Positions 1 through 8,300 of a stretch of DNA of 24,000 nucleotides are shown one piece after another. Source of the DNA: Candidatus Levybacteria bacterium RIFCSPLOWO2_12_FULL_39_17 (GTDB lineage Bacteria; Patescibacteriota; Microgenomatia; Levybacterales; GWA1-39-11). The stretch lies in NCBI GenBank assembly GCA_001782675.1, contig MFPJ01000020.1, forward strand, positions 1 through 24,000, read 5' to 3'. The first letter of the stretch is position 1. Every line of letters starts with the position of its first letter. The position numbers and the translations under genes are program-made. The notes beneath the pieces were generated by a model. That model saw only the letters and a program-made list of their open reading frames with translations, was not told the DNA's origin and ran no database searches.

Positions 1-331
1 AATCTTTTCGTAAGTCCCAGAGGCCAACAAGAAGAGAATCGGAGGGCGGAAGGTAAAACACATCGTCCTGAGAAAAGTGAAGATGCCATCCCTTGATTGC
101 TCCGGGAAGGAGTTTTGACCTGTTTATCTGCTTTATTTGAAATCCGGGGAGCGTTTCGATTTGCCCGTTTTCCATCCTGATGATTTCCGAGAAATCCCCG
201 TCCTCGGCAATAAAGTTCTCAATCGGAACAATTCTTACCTCTTCAATTGTGGGCTTTGCGGAATAATCCTGGACATAGATATTGCCGCGATTCTTTTCGT
301 CAATATCATCAAGAGTGAGATTATCCGGCAT
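1..331 (-). CDS. RmlC-like cupin sugar-nucleotide epimerase/isomerase, N-terminal part (gene runs off left edge)
   Basis: Hand translation of the minus strand from ATG (331-329) stays open to base 1 (110 codons: MPDNLTLDDIDEKNRGNIYVQDYSAKPTIEEVRIVPIENFIAEDGDFSEIIRMENGQIETLPGFQIKQINRSKLLPGAIKGWHLHFSQDDVFYLPPSDSLLVGLWDLRKD...). The segment DGDFSE...QIN.S...G.IKGWHLH..Q.D resembles the dTDP-4-dehydrorhamnose 3,5-epimerase cupin core. It is absent from the ORF track because it has no stop inside the window. Confidence 0.55.
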   Translation of the reverse strand, partial: MPDNLTLDDIDEKNRGNIYVQDYSAKPTIEEVRIVPIENFIAEDGDFSEIIRMENGQIETLPGFQIKQINRSKLLPGAIKGWHLHFSQDDVFYLPPSDSLLVGLWDLRKD

Positions 332-476
332 ATTGCTTAAATTATAGCAGAAAAGCTTTTTCAATAGCAAAACCCCAAATTATCAATTATTTAATTCATC
401 TAAAGGTTATGTAGATTGCGGAAGCATGATCTTTGTGGTAAAATTATTCAAATTCAAAGGAAAGGAAGTACTATGC

Positions 477-1574
477 ATGGCAATTTCAAACAATTCTTCA
501 AGTAAATCTTCTAAACCGGCTTCTTCGATGGCGGAGCTTATGAGTCGCAAAGCGGGAAACCTTCAAATCCTGCGCAAAGGACAACAAATAACCGGTACGA
601 TTAAAAAATTGACTCCCCGGGAAATCCTAATGGATATTGAGGCCAAAGGTGACGCCCTGGTAATTGAGTATGACCGGCAAAATCTGGAGAACTTACTCAC
701 TTTTTTAAAGGTTGGTGACCGGGTGAGCGCGACGGTTATTTCTCCCGAGAGCGAGGAAGGATTCCCGGTTCTTTCTTTGAGACGGACTCTTGACGATATA
801 ATCTTTGAAAGACTTGAGGAGTTAAGCAAAAAAGAAGAGGCATTTGAAGTGGAGGTTGTTGAAAGCACCCGGGGAGGATATTTTGCCCTAACATCTCAGG
901 GGATTAAAGGATTTCTTCCAAGTTCCCAAGTGTCAGGTGGAGAGAATTTAGCGGGACGGAAAATACAGGTTAAAATTCTTGAGTTTGATAGAGCGAGAAA
1001 GCGGATAGTTTTTTCTCAAAAAGCATTAAATTTTGTAATGAATCCAGCTACACTTCGCGAGTTTGTAAAACCGGGGGAAACAGTTGAAGGAGAAATATTA
1101 AGTGTCGCCCCTTATGGGGTTTTTGTTTCAATATCAAAAAACGGATCAGGCGATGGGAAAGCGGCCGAGGGATTTATTCATATCTCGGAAGTTTCCTACC
1201 AGAGAGTTGAAAATTTACCCCAAAAATATAAGTCCGGAGAAAAAATTAAGGCGCAGGTCATTGATGTTGATTCCGCAAGCAGAAGAGTTAATCTTTCAAT
1301 AAAGAGAACAGAAAAAGATGCCTTTGAAAACGCAAAAGAAAAGTATAAGCCGGAGCAAAAAATAAAAGGCAAAGTCCTCGATGTTAAGACTCGCGGAGTG
1401 ACTTTTGAGCTTGAATCCGGCATAAACGGGTTTATCTCCAGCTCCAAAATCCCTCAGGGACAAACTTACAATCCGGGCGATACAGTGGAGGCGGAGATCG
1501 TCTCGATAGACGAGAAGAGAAGGGTGGTTATTCTTTCACCGGTTCTAAAAGCTGTACCGATAGGATATCGTTAG
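477..1574 (+). CDS. S1 RNA-binding domain protein with four S1/OB repeats (ribosomal protein S1-like)
   Basis: ORF 426..1574. The in-frame ATG at 477 follows a purine-rich GGAAAGGAAG (459-468), so 477 is the preferred start. Four S1-type repeats are visible (GQQITGTIKKL..., FEVEVVESTRGGYFAL..., GETVEGEILSVAPYGVFVSI..., EQKIKGKVLDVKTRGVTFEL...). Confidence 0.85.
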   Translation: MAISNNSSSKSSKPASSMAELMSRKAGNLQILRKGQQITGTIKKLTPREILMDIEAKGDALVIEYDRQNLENLLTFLKVGDRVSATVISPESEEGFPVLSLRRTLDDIIFERLEELSKKEEAFEVEVVESTRGGYFALTSQGIKGFLPSSQVSGGENLAGRKIQVKILEFDRARKRIVFSQKALNFVMNPATLREFVKPGETVEGEILSVAPYGVFVSISKNGSGDGKAAEGFIHISEVSYQRVENLPQKYKSGEKIKAQVIDVDSASRRVNLSIKRTEKDAFENAKEKYKPEQKIKGKVLDVKTRGVTFELESGINGFISSSKIPQGQTYNPGDTVEAEIVSIDEKRRVVILSPVLKAVPIGYR

Positions 1575-1643
1575 TTAAAAGTTCAAACTTTGAATTTTGA
1601 ATTGTAATTTTGAACTTTTAATTTTTAACCTTGAATTTATCCT
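1575..1643. repeat. A/T-rich heptad word module (ttgaaYttttaa family) immediately upstream of radA
   Basis: Sequence aaaagttcaaactttgaattttgaattgtaattttgaacttttaatttttaaccttgaatttatcct, with ~7-nt periodicity. The gene start has no SD. Confidence 0.85.
1597..1624 (+). promoter_or_regulatory. Candidate promoter upstream of radA (TTGAAT-16-TAATTT) inside the A/T heptad module
   Basis: TTGAAT 1597-1602 and TAATTT 1619-1624. The -35 and spacer lie in a 19-mer that recurs, inverted, upstream of the glycosyltransferase gene. Confidence 0.3.
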
Positions 1644-3017
1644 ATGGCAGTAAAGACAGCTTTCATTTGTTCAAATTGCGGGTATGAGTCAGGGAAATGG
1701 TACGGGAGGTGTCCTGATTGTTCCTCATGGAATACCTTGCAGGAAGTCATAGTTCAAAAAATCTCAAAAAACGCTAATATCATTGATTTAGGCACATCGG
1801 CCGCGCCGCTTAGAATTTCAGAAGTCAAAACTTCAAATTTCCGCAGAATTTCAACCGGCTTTTTGGAATTTGACAGGGTTTTGGGCGGCAGGGACGAATC
1901 ATGCGGAATCGTTCCCGGCTCGGTCATACTCCTTTCGGGAGATCCGGGAGTTGGAAAATCAACCCTGATTTTAGAGGTGGCACTTAATATTGCGGGTAGC
2001 AGTTGGCGGTTGGCAGGTAGAAATTTAAAAAACCAAGAGCCAAAACCTAAACGCCAAGTTTTATACATCACCGGTGAGGAGTCTGAAAACCAGATAAAAT
2101 TGCGCGCCGAGCGCATCGGTAAAAATAAAGATATGGAAAATTTATTTATATTTTCAACCGGAGACATTGATCTTGCAATCGCGTCCTGCGAGAAGATCGC
2201 GCCGGATATTGTAATTGTTGATTCAATTCAAACTATGTCAAGTCAAAGTTTTCCGGGTTTTGCCGGATCTCTTCCTCAAGTAAGACATGCCACTTCCCGT
2301 TTAGTTTCATACGCCAAGAAAAAGGGGACGCCGATTTTTATTGTCGGTCATGTGACAAAGGAAGGCGTAGTAGCCGGCCCCATGCTTCTTTCCCATATGG
2401 TTGATTGTGTGCTTTATTTTGAAGGGGAAAACCTGACCGGCACCAGGATTTTGCGGGCTTTTAAAAATAGATTCGGAGATACATCCGAGGTTGGAATATT
2501 CAACATGGAAGAAAACGGTTTTTCAGAAGTTGACACTTCCAAGTTTTTTATGGATCAGGGCAATCTGAAAGTCCCCGGAAGCTGCCTTACCGTACTCATG
2601 GAAGGGGCAAGGCCCATAATTGTTGAAATACAGGGTTTGGTTGTCCCTTCAAACCTTTCATTTCCAAGAAGGGTTTCAAACGGTTTTTCTTCGAGCCGAC
2701 TTGAGCTTCTTCTTGCGGTCATTCAAAAGCATTTAAAATTGCCCTTTGAGCGAATTGATGTTTTCTTAAATGTTGTTGGAGGTTTAAGAATTACTGAAAC
2801 CGCCGCGGACCTTGCGGTTTGCATGGCATGTATATCTTCCTTTAAAAACAAACCTTTAGGCTCAATAATCGCTGTGGGTGAAGTAGGCTTGCTTGGCGAG
2901 ATCAAAGATGTTTTAAATCTTAAATTGAGATTGAAAGAGGCAAAAAAATTGGGTTTTAAGAGAATCATAAGTAATGAAAACTATAAGTTTTTAAATGATA
3001 TAATTAGGGCGATATGA
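1644..3017 (+). CDS. radA: DNA repair protein RadA/Sms
   Basis: N-terminal zinc finger CSNCGYESGKWYGRCPDCSSW, Walker A GDPGVGKST, YITGEES, KNRFG motif (AFKNRFGDT) and a Lon-protease-like C-terminal domain. It carries an extra ~16-21 aa segment after Walker A (see findings). Confidence 0.95.
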   Translation: MAVKTAFICSNCGYESGKWYGRCPDCSSWNTLQEVIVQKISKNANIIDLGTSAAPLRISEVKTSNFRRISTGFLEFDRVLGGRDESCGIVPGSVILLSGDPGVGKSTLILEVALNIAGSSWRLAGRNLKNQEPKPKRQVLYITGEESENQIKLRAERIGKNKDMENLFIFSTGDIDLAIASCEKIAPDIVIVDSIQTMSSQSFPGFAGSLPQVRHATSRLVSYAKKKGTPIFIVGHVTKEGVVAGPMLLSHMVDCVLYFEGENLTGTRILRAFKNRFGDTSEVGIFNMEENGFSEVDTSKFFMDQGNLKVPGSCLTVLMEGARPIIVEIQGLVVPSNLSFPRRVSNGFSSSRLELLLAVIQKHLKLPFERIDVFLNVVGGLRITETAADLAVCMACISSFKNKPLGSIIAVGEVGLLGEIKDVLNLKLRLKEAKKLGFKRIISNENYKFLNDIIRAI

Positions 3018-3805
3018 ATTATAAAATCAAAAATAAGGGTTCAGGGCAGGCGCGGCCGGGACGGGCAGGCGCGGCCGCTCATCTTTTGATGGAAAATATT
3101 ATGCTTCCGCGCCGGGTGATCACTCAAATTGCGGATGAAGTCGGAAAAGTCGTTAGCAAGAGCCTCTCGGTCGGCAGGAAAAGAGGTAAAAAAAAGAATA
3201 AACAAATTGAAAATCCTGTCTTTCTTGATACCTCGGCAATCATAGACATGAGAGTTTTTGATCTGGCCAAAATCGGAGCATTTTATGGTACTTTTATGCT
3301 TTTGGAAGGCGTGCTTTCGGAACTGAAAAATATTGCCGACTCAAAAGACGGTATTAAAAAGGATAGGGGAAGGAAGGCGCTTGATGCCCTTGAAGCCTTT
3401 AGGAAGGCAAAGGGTGTTAAGGTGAGGATTATGGCAGATTACGGGGAAAAATCGGTTGACGAAGACATAATAGACATGGCCCGAAAAAATAAGGGAAGAA
3501 TAATAACTTGCGACTATAATCTTTCAAAAAAAGCAAGGATTTCGGGTGTGCCGGCAATTGATCTTTATGAGATGACAAATATTCTCAAAACTACGGCTCT
3601 TCCCGGAGAGGAATTTTGGGTCAAAATCATTCAATCCGGAAAGGGAGAAGGGCAGGGTGTTGGATATTTGCCGGATGGGACAATGCTGGTTGTTGAACGG
3701 GGAAAAGAATATGTAGGGAAAACCATTCAGGTAAAGGTATCCCGCATTATTCAGACAGATGCCGGAAAAATTCTCTTCTCGAAAATTAAAACTCCTGACA
3801 ACTGA
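3014..3805 (+). CDS. PIN + TRAM domain protein (YacL-like putative RNase)
   Basis: PIN core FLDTSAIIDMRV...TCDYNLSKKARISGVPAIDLYEM, followed by a TRAM-like C-terminus GEEFWVKIIQSGKGEGQGVGYLPDGTMLVVERGKEYVGKTIQVKVSRIIQTDAGKILFSK. Adjacency to radA matches the common radA-yacL neighbourhood. The ORF start 3014 overlaps the radA stop (ATGA). ATG 3089 or 3101 may be the true start, because 3044-3087 looks like a GC-rich hairpin plus T-run. Confidence 0.85.
   Translation: MNYKIKNKGSGQARPGRAGAAAHLLMENIMLPRRVITQIADEVGKVVSKSLSVGRKRGKKKNKQIENPVFLDTSAIIDMRVFDLAKIGAFYGTFMLLEGVLSELKNIADSKDGIKKDRGRKALDALEAFRKAKGVKVRIMADYGEKSVDEDIIDMARKNKGRIITCDYNLSKKARISGVPAIDLYEMTNILKTTALPGEEFWVKIIQSGKGEGQGVGYLPDGTMLVVERGKEYVGKTIQVKVSRIIQTDAGKILFSKIKTPDN
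3044..3077. repeat. GC-rich 15-mer gggcaggcgcggccg repeated twice (19-nt period)
   Basis: Copies at 3044-3058 and 3063-3077 in otherwise AT-rich DNA. The second copy extends into a GCGGCCGC palindrome (3071-3078). Confidence 0.9.
3052..3087 (+). terminator. Possible GC-rich terminator after radA (GCGGCCG...CGGCCGC then TCATCTTTTG)
   Basis: A 7-bp all-GC stem at 3052-3058/3072-3078 lies within a tandem 15-mer, and a T-rich tract follows. It conflicts with the 3014 start of the PIN/TRAM ORF. Confidence 0.3.
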
Positions 3806-3850
3806 CAATCGATATTCATGCTTGACTATGTAATACAAATGTAATACAAT

Positions 3851-4141
3851 ATGACCAGAATCAAAGTCAAGAAATTAATTTGGGATGAATATAATCGAGA
3901 ACATATCAAAAGACATGAAGTTAGCGTTAAAGAGGTAGAAGAGATTAGGAAAAATTACTTAGCTCATAAAAAAGGCAAAAAGGGAAGATATTTAATGATT
4001 GGAAGAAGCGGCTCGAGGATTTTATCTGTAGTAATTAACAGAAAAGAAACAGGAATTTATTATCCGGTAACTGCATATGATGCAGATAAGCCCGAAAGGA
4101 GAATCCTTTATGAAAAAGAAAGCAAACAAAAAGAAATTTAA
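3851..4141 (+). CDS. brnT: BrnT-family (DUF497) toxin
   Basis: 96 aa. KKLIWDEYNREHIKRHEVSVKEVEE plus a C-terminal TAYDADKPERRILY match the BrnT/DUF497 pattern (WD..K...KH...ISAR.A...ER..Y). An overlapping antitoxin-like gene follows. Confidence 0.8.
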   Translation: MTRIKVKKLIWDEYNREHIKRHEVSVKEVEEIRKNYLAHKKGKKGRYLMIGRSGSRILSVVINRKETGIYYPVTAYDADKPERRILYEKESKQKEI

Positions 4142-4400
4142 ATTTCCCGATTTCGATAAAATGACCTACGCGCAGGAGGCTAAATGGTGGGATACTCATC
4201 CTTTTTCCGAATATTGGGATGAGTTGGAAGATGTTGATATTGTATTCGAATTACATAAACCAAAAACTGAGACAATTGTAGTTCGTCTTCAGAAAAACCT
4301 AAAGGATAGACTTGAGAAGCTTGCTTCAGCAAAAGGCTTGAATGTTTCCACTCTTGCACGAATGTGGATCGCCGAAAAACTCCGAACAAACAAAGCCTAG
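4110..4400 (+). CDS. brnA: BrnA-like antitoxin (ribbon-helix-helix C-terminus)
   Basis: ORF 4077..4400. ATG 4110 follows AAAGGAGA (4095-4102). The sequence EAKWWDTHPFSEYWDELEDV then IVVRLQKNLKDRLEKLASAKGLNVSTLARMWIAEKL is typical of BrnA/CopG-type antitoxins. It overlaps the brnT 3' end by 32 nt. Confidence 0.75.
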   Translation: MKKKANKKKFKFPDFDKMTYAQEAKWWDTHPFSEYWDELEDVDIVFELHKPKTETIVVRLQKNLKDRLEKLASAKGLNVSTLARMWIAEKLRTNKA

Positions 4401-4705
4401 AAGTTTTTATCTATTAGATTTTTATATTCTTCGCGAGGAATCACAAGCCTCTTATAATTGCAGTATAACAAGTCTTTGTCTAGGAAATAATCAAATTCGT
4501 GAAAATTTGCGGCGTAAATGCCACTTTTTTCACGACTTGTGACCTAAAAGGGAAAAGGAGGCCGTTAAGTGATCCGTCGTAGAACGAATTAAGAAGAACT
4601 TCTGGACTCAAAAGGAGTAAGAATGCCTGCCCAACACTCTTACTCCATCTCAACCCAGAAAAACAACGGGGCCTGCATCTAAAAAAGATTTTAAAGCTAG
4701 TTATT

Positions 4706-4727
4706 AAAGCATAAAAAATGCTTTTTT
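4706..4727 (+). terminator. Intrinsic terminator-like hairpin (AAAGCAT-aaaaa-ATGCTTT followed by a T-run)
   Basis: 7-bp stem at 4706-4712/4718-4724, with the T-run extending to 4727. Confidence 0.45.
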
Positions 4728-4766
4728 AACCGCCTAAATTGCTTTTTTTAGCTTCGTCAATTTTTC

Positions 4767-4795
4767 TTGACAAAGCAATTCGGTTCTGCTAATTT
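4767..4795 (+). promoter_or_regulatory. Sigma70-like promoter (TTGACA-17-TAATTT) in the gene-poor gap
   Basis: TTGACA 4767-4772, a 17-nt spacer, then TAATTT 4790-4795. It points at two hairpins, the second being terminator-like (4847-4911). Confidence 0.35.
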
Positions 4796-4846
4796 CTATT
4801 GTCAAGAGCCTAGTCTTTTCCTGCCTAAAGACTAAAGCTTACTTTA

Positions 4847-4911
4847 AAAGAGCATTGCTTTTCGTACTTAAGGATTTATTTACACAGTAGCGAAAGCGAT
4901 GCTCTTTTTTT
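4847..4911 (+). terminator. Long intrinsic terminator-like hairpin (17 bp including one G-U pair, plus one bulged base) followed by a T-run
   Basis: Arms 4847-4864 and 4891-4907 were paired by hand. The T-run extends to 4911. Confidence 0.5.
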
Positions 4912-5338
4912 AAAAGTTCTTAGCCTTGTCCTGCCTGTGAGCAGACCTTGCTTCAATCTAACAGCCTAAAGCATAAAGACAGGTATGCTTAGGCCGCGAT
5001 CGACCAGCTTTTTAATCTGGTCCCTGCCTAACTTTTCTATAGAGTCTTGATAAAAATCTGTCAAGCCTTTCTTTGACCTTTTTTCTTGCTTCCTGAAAAA
5101 ATTAAGAAACTTCATGATTACTAAAATAGTATAGCATATTTTGTCAAGTCCTGCAAACCTATAGCATTTCAAAGCCCAAAATTGTCTAAGCCTAGAGTAT
5201 TTATAGATGCACTTTAGCCCGTGTTTTCAATCTATTTAGATACTTAATAAATAAATGTGAATAACTTTGGGAAAACTTAATTTGACTCTTGACAAACGAA
5301 AAAAAATTATTCAATGTTGCCATTCAAACCATTTGCGC

Positions 5339-8300
5339 TTACTTGATACTTCTGATACTTGTGATACCTTTGATACCTCCAATGACGCCGAATAGTCCGA
5401 GAAGAGCAAATCCGGCATACTCCAGGTATTGAGGAAGGAAGACGATTATTATCTTTGATCTTTGATTTTTGATTTTTGATTTTTCGATGAGCCAGCCGTT
5501 TGCCCACCCGTTAACTTCAACATGCTCTTTAATTTCATTCCCAAACCAAAAGGGAAAAGCAGAATTCAAAAAACTTTTAACTTTTAACTTTGAACTTTGA
5601 ACTGAATAGGCTCTCCACCCCGGATCATAGCTCTGGGAAAGGATAAAAGTAGTGGGATGCTCTGAATTTGAAAGGGAAACTTGATAAAAACTTTCCTGAG
5701 GATGATTTACAGATTCAATTTTTGCCCCTTCTGTTTCAGTTTTAACAAAAGGCTTGGCAGAATCAATGCCAATTCCCGTTATAAAGTTAAATGGGATTGG
5801 ATATATTTCCAAGCCCGAAAGCCTATTTGAAACAGTTTGTTTGCCGATTGAGATATTGTCAAAATGAAAAGAATATCCTCTTCCGTTTTCCTCCATTGGA
5901 GGTAACACATAAAATGATACTTCTTCGGCAGATTTTTGGTTTTTTGCCCGAGCTAAGTAAGTATCAATTGGTGCATACCACTGGTCTTCATTTAACACCC
6001 AAAAGTGAAAAGGCCTGCCCGAGAAATTTTTGCTTTTGACAAATATCGCATAAGCCTCATCATGCAAAATAGAGGAGGAGTAAAACGAAGCGCAAATACT
6101 TGAATTGTTTGAGGTAAGCAAAACAAGGCCATTTGAAGTATCGCTTGTATTTTTGCCACTTCTCCAGAAATCACAATCTTTAATGTTAAGCTCTTCTATA
6201 GAAGCTTTATAAGAAATATAATCATCATCTATTTTTGGGACAACTATTGAAAGGCGGTGTTTGCCAAGAGAAACCGGGACCATTACTTCCCCTCTATAAA
6301 GGTTGTCAAAAATTTGAGCCTTGATTTCCTGCGTTTTTGAAATTCCCTGCCCTGAAAGTACCACAAAGTTGTCCTCGAGTCCTGTTAAAAAGCTTGCTCC
6401 TTTCCTTTGCCTTTCATTTTCGGCTTCTTTGTCTATCTTTAAGTTCGATACTCCATTTATATTTAAGCTTACGGGGTATTTTGTACCTTTGGGCAGTATA
6501 AATAGGGGGAAATCAAAAGCTTCCTCCCACATTTTTTGCCTGTCAAGAAATACTCCCGGGGTTTTAATTGCTGCTGAAATGACAGTATTTCCGTCATTAT
6601 CAAGTATGGTTGATATTTCAAAAGCAATACTTTTTTGGGACTTAAAGAAAGAAGGTATTTTTAAGAAAGAGTCTTTTTTGACTTCAATATCTCCTGAAAC
6701 CTCAATAAAATCTTTTTGGTTTTCCAGGGTAAATTCCTTCTCCTTTTCTGTCTTGAGTGAAAAAAGGGAACCGAAGGGGTACATTTGACAACTGACATCT
6801 GACACTTCGACTCCGCTCAGTGCAGGCAATTGACATTTGACAGAAACATAATTCCCGAATGTTGAATAGGCAAGATCACTGCTTTTCCAGAAAGGGGAAT
6901 CAATTTGGGGAAGTTGGCCTTTTGTATAAATAAAAGAATTTACTTTATCCTTTGTTTCAAGTTTATATATTTTTATATTCCCGAATTGGGCAACACCCTG
7001 AATGTTTGGAATTTTTGAAAGTAACTCCTCAGTCTCAGCATAAAATAGTGATTTGGGTGAATTAGGGTAGATTATATTTTTGTCAAGAAGAATAAAAGAA
7101 ATTTGGTATTTGTTAAAAATATCTTGAAGAGCTTTTGGGTTTCTTGAATAGAGGGCGGAGGAGAGTTCATAATAATAGTTTTCGGAAGTTTGGGACCAAA
7201 CATCAAAGGCCCTGTCCAGGATAGGCTGTTTTATTCCATACCACAAGAAGCCCGAACCCCCATATCCCCATCTGTAAAAATTCCACCCCCAAAAGGTAGG
7301 CTGGGGGAGGTTTGCGATTCTTGTATTTTGGTCCTGTTTTTTAAAGAACTCAAAGGTATCAAAGTATTCTTTTGGAATATTAATCCGAGACTTGTCATAA
7401 AAAAGATGGCCTTGGAAGGCGGGGAGAGCAATCAGGAAAATAATAGCAATAATTACAACAGACGGTAGAAAATAGATAATAGAGGATAGTTTTTTGAAAA
7501 TAGATAATAGAGGATAGTTGAGTTTTCGATCTTCTATCTTCAAACTTCTACCACCATCTCCTATTTTCCATATTCTATCGTCAAGGAATTTCAATATTAT
7601 TGAAATTCCAAGAGCGAGCATCACTGAATAGGAGAGGGCTGCAAGTATTGAAAATTTGGTAAAGGGAAAGCGGAATACCTGTTCGAATAATGGGATTTTG
7701 CGAAAAATCTCATCAATAAAAGAAAAAGGAAAAGTGTTTGTTGCAAGCATAGTGAAAGAGAAGAGGAACAAAGCTGCAAAAGCAGCTTTGAATTTCCAAT
7801 TTCCCCCTGCCTCGCCAAGCGAAGCGGGGCGGGCAATTTCCAATTTCCAATTCAAAATTACAGAGAAAAATCCCAAGAGCATTATTCCAAAAAGCATTAA
7901 GCCTGCCAGGACAATATAAGGGTTTGAGAAGTGGTTGCGCCAAGGGGCAAGCATATAATCAAAATCACCGTTAAGATTGGGATCAACATTGTTAAACCAA
8001 AATCCCTTAAGGAGCATTGTGTCAACAAAACCTCCAAACTCCTTATTCTGCAAAACAACATTTTCAGTTGCCATCTGGTTAATCTTGGCATCAAAAACTA
8101 CCTGAGCATTAGTCAGAGTAAAAAATAGGAAAGGAAGTAACCAAAAGGCATTTAAGATAAAAGTTATAAGAAGGACCTTGATACTTGCCGGGTATTGTCG
8201 GGTTCTTATTCCAACATTAAAAAGGACAATTAACAGGGCAGAAATATAGACAATAAAAACTGTCGGTACTTGTCCCTGAGGAATAGCAAGAATATTGACT

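Noticed and set aside
137-340. Track ORF 137..340 (+), 67 aa
   Set aside because: It lies entirely antisense to a longer open frame (minus strand, ATG 331 to the window edge) with a recognisable cupin/RmlC-like sequence. It has a TTG start and no recognisable features.
3822-3850. TTGACT-17-TACAAT promoter for brnT
   Set aside because: The -10 ends at 3850, directly abutting ATG 3851. The transcription start would therefore fall inside the coding sequence with no alternative in-frame start. The match may be fortuitous, and the region also contains a tandem atgtaatacaa repeat.
4415-4546. Stop-codon recoding (for example UGA or UAG read-through) to rescue the interrupted minus-strand frame
   Set aside because: TGA, TAA and TAG all terminate well-supported genes here (radA and the GT2-GT4 gene end in TGA; rho and the M23 gene in TAA; island gene 3 in TAG). 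A decayed gene or chance frame is more likely.
4342-5507. Track ORFs 4342..4542(+) and 5307..5507(-)
   Set aside because: 4342..4542 overlaps the brnA 3' end out of frame and continues into hairpin-rich DNA without an RBS. 5307..5507 is an alternative frame across the word repeats at the 3' end of the 1172-aa gene.
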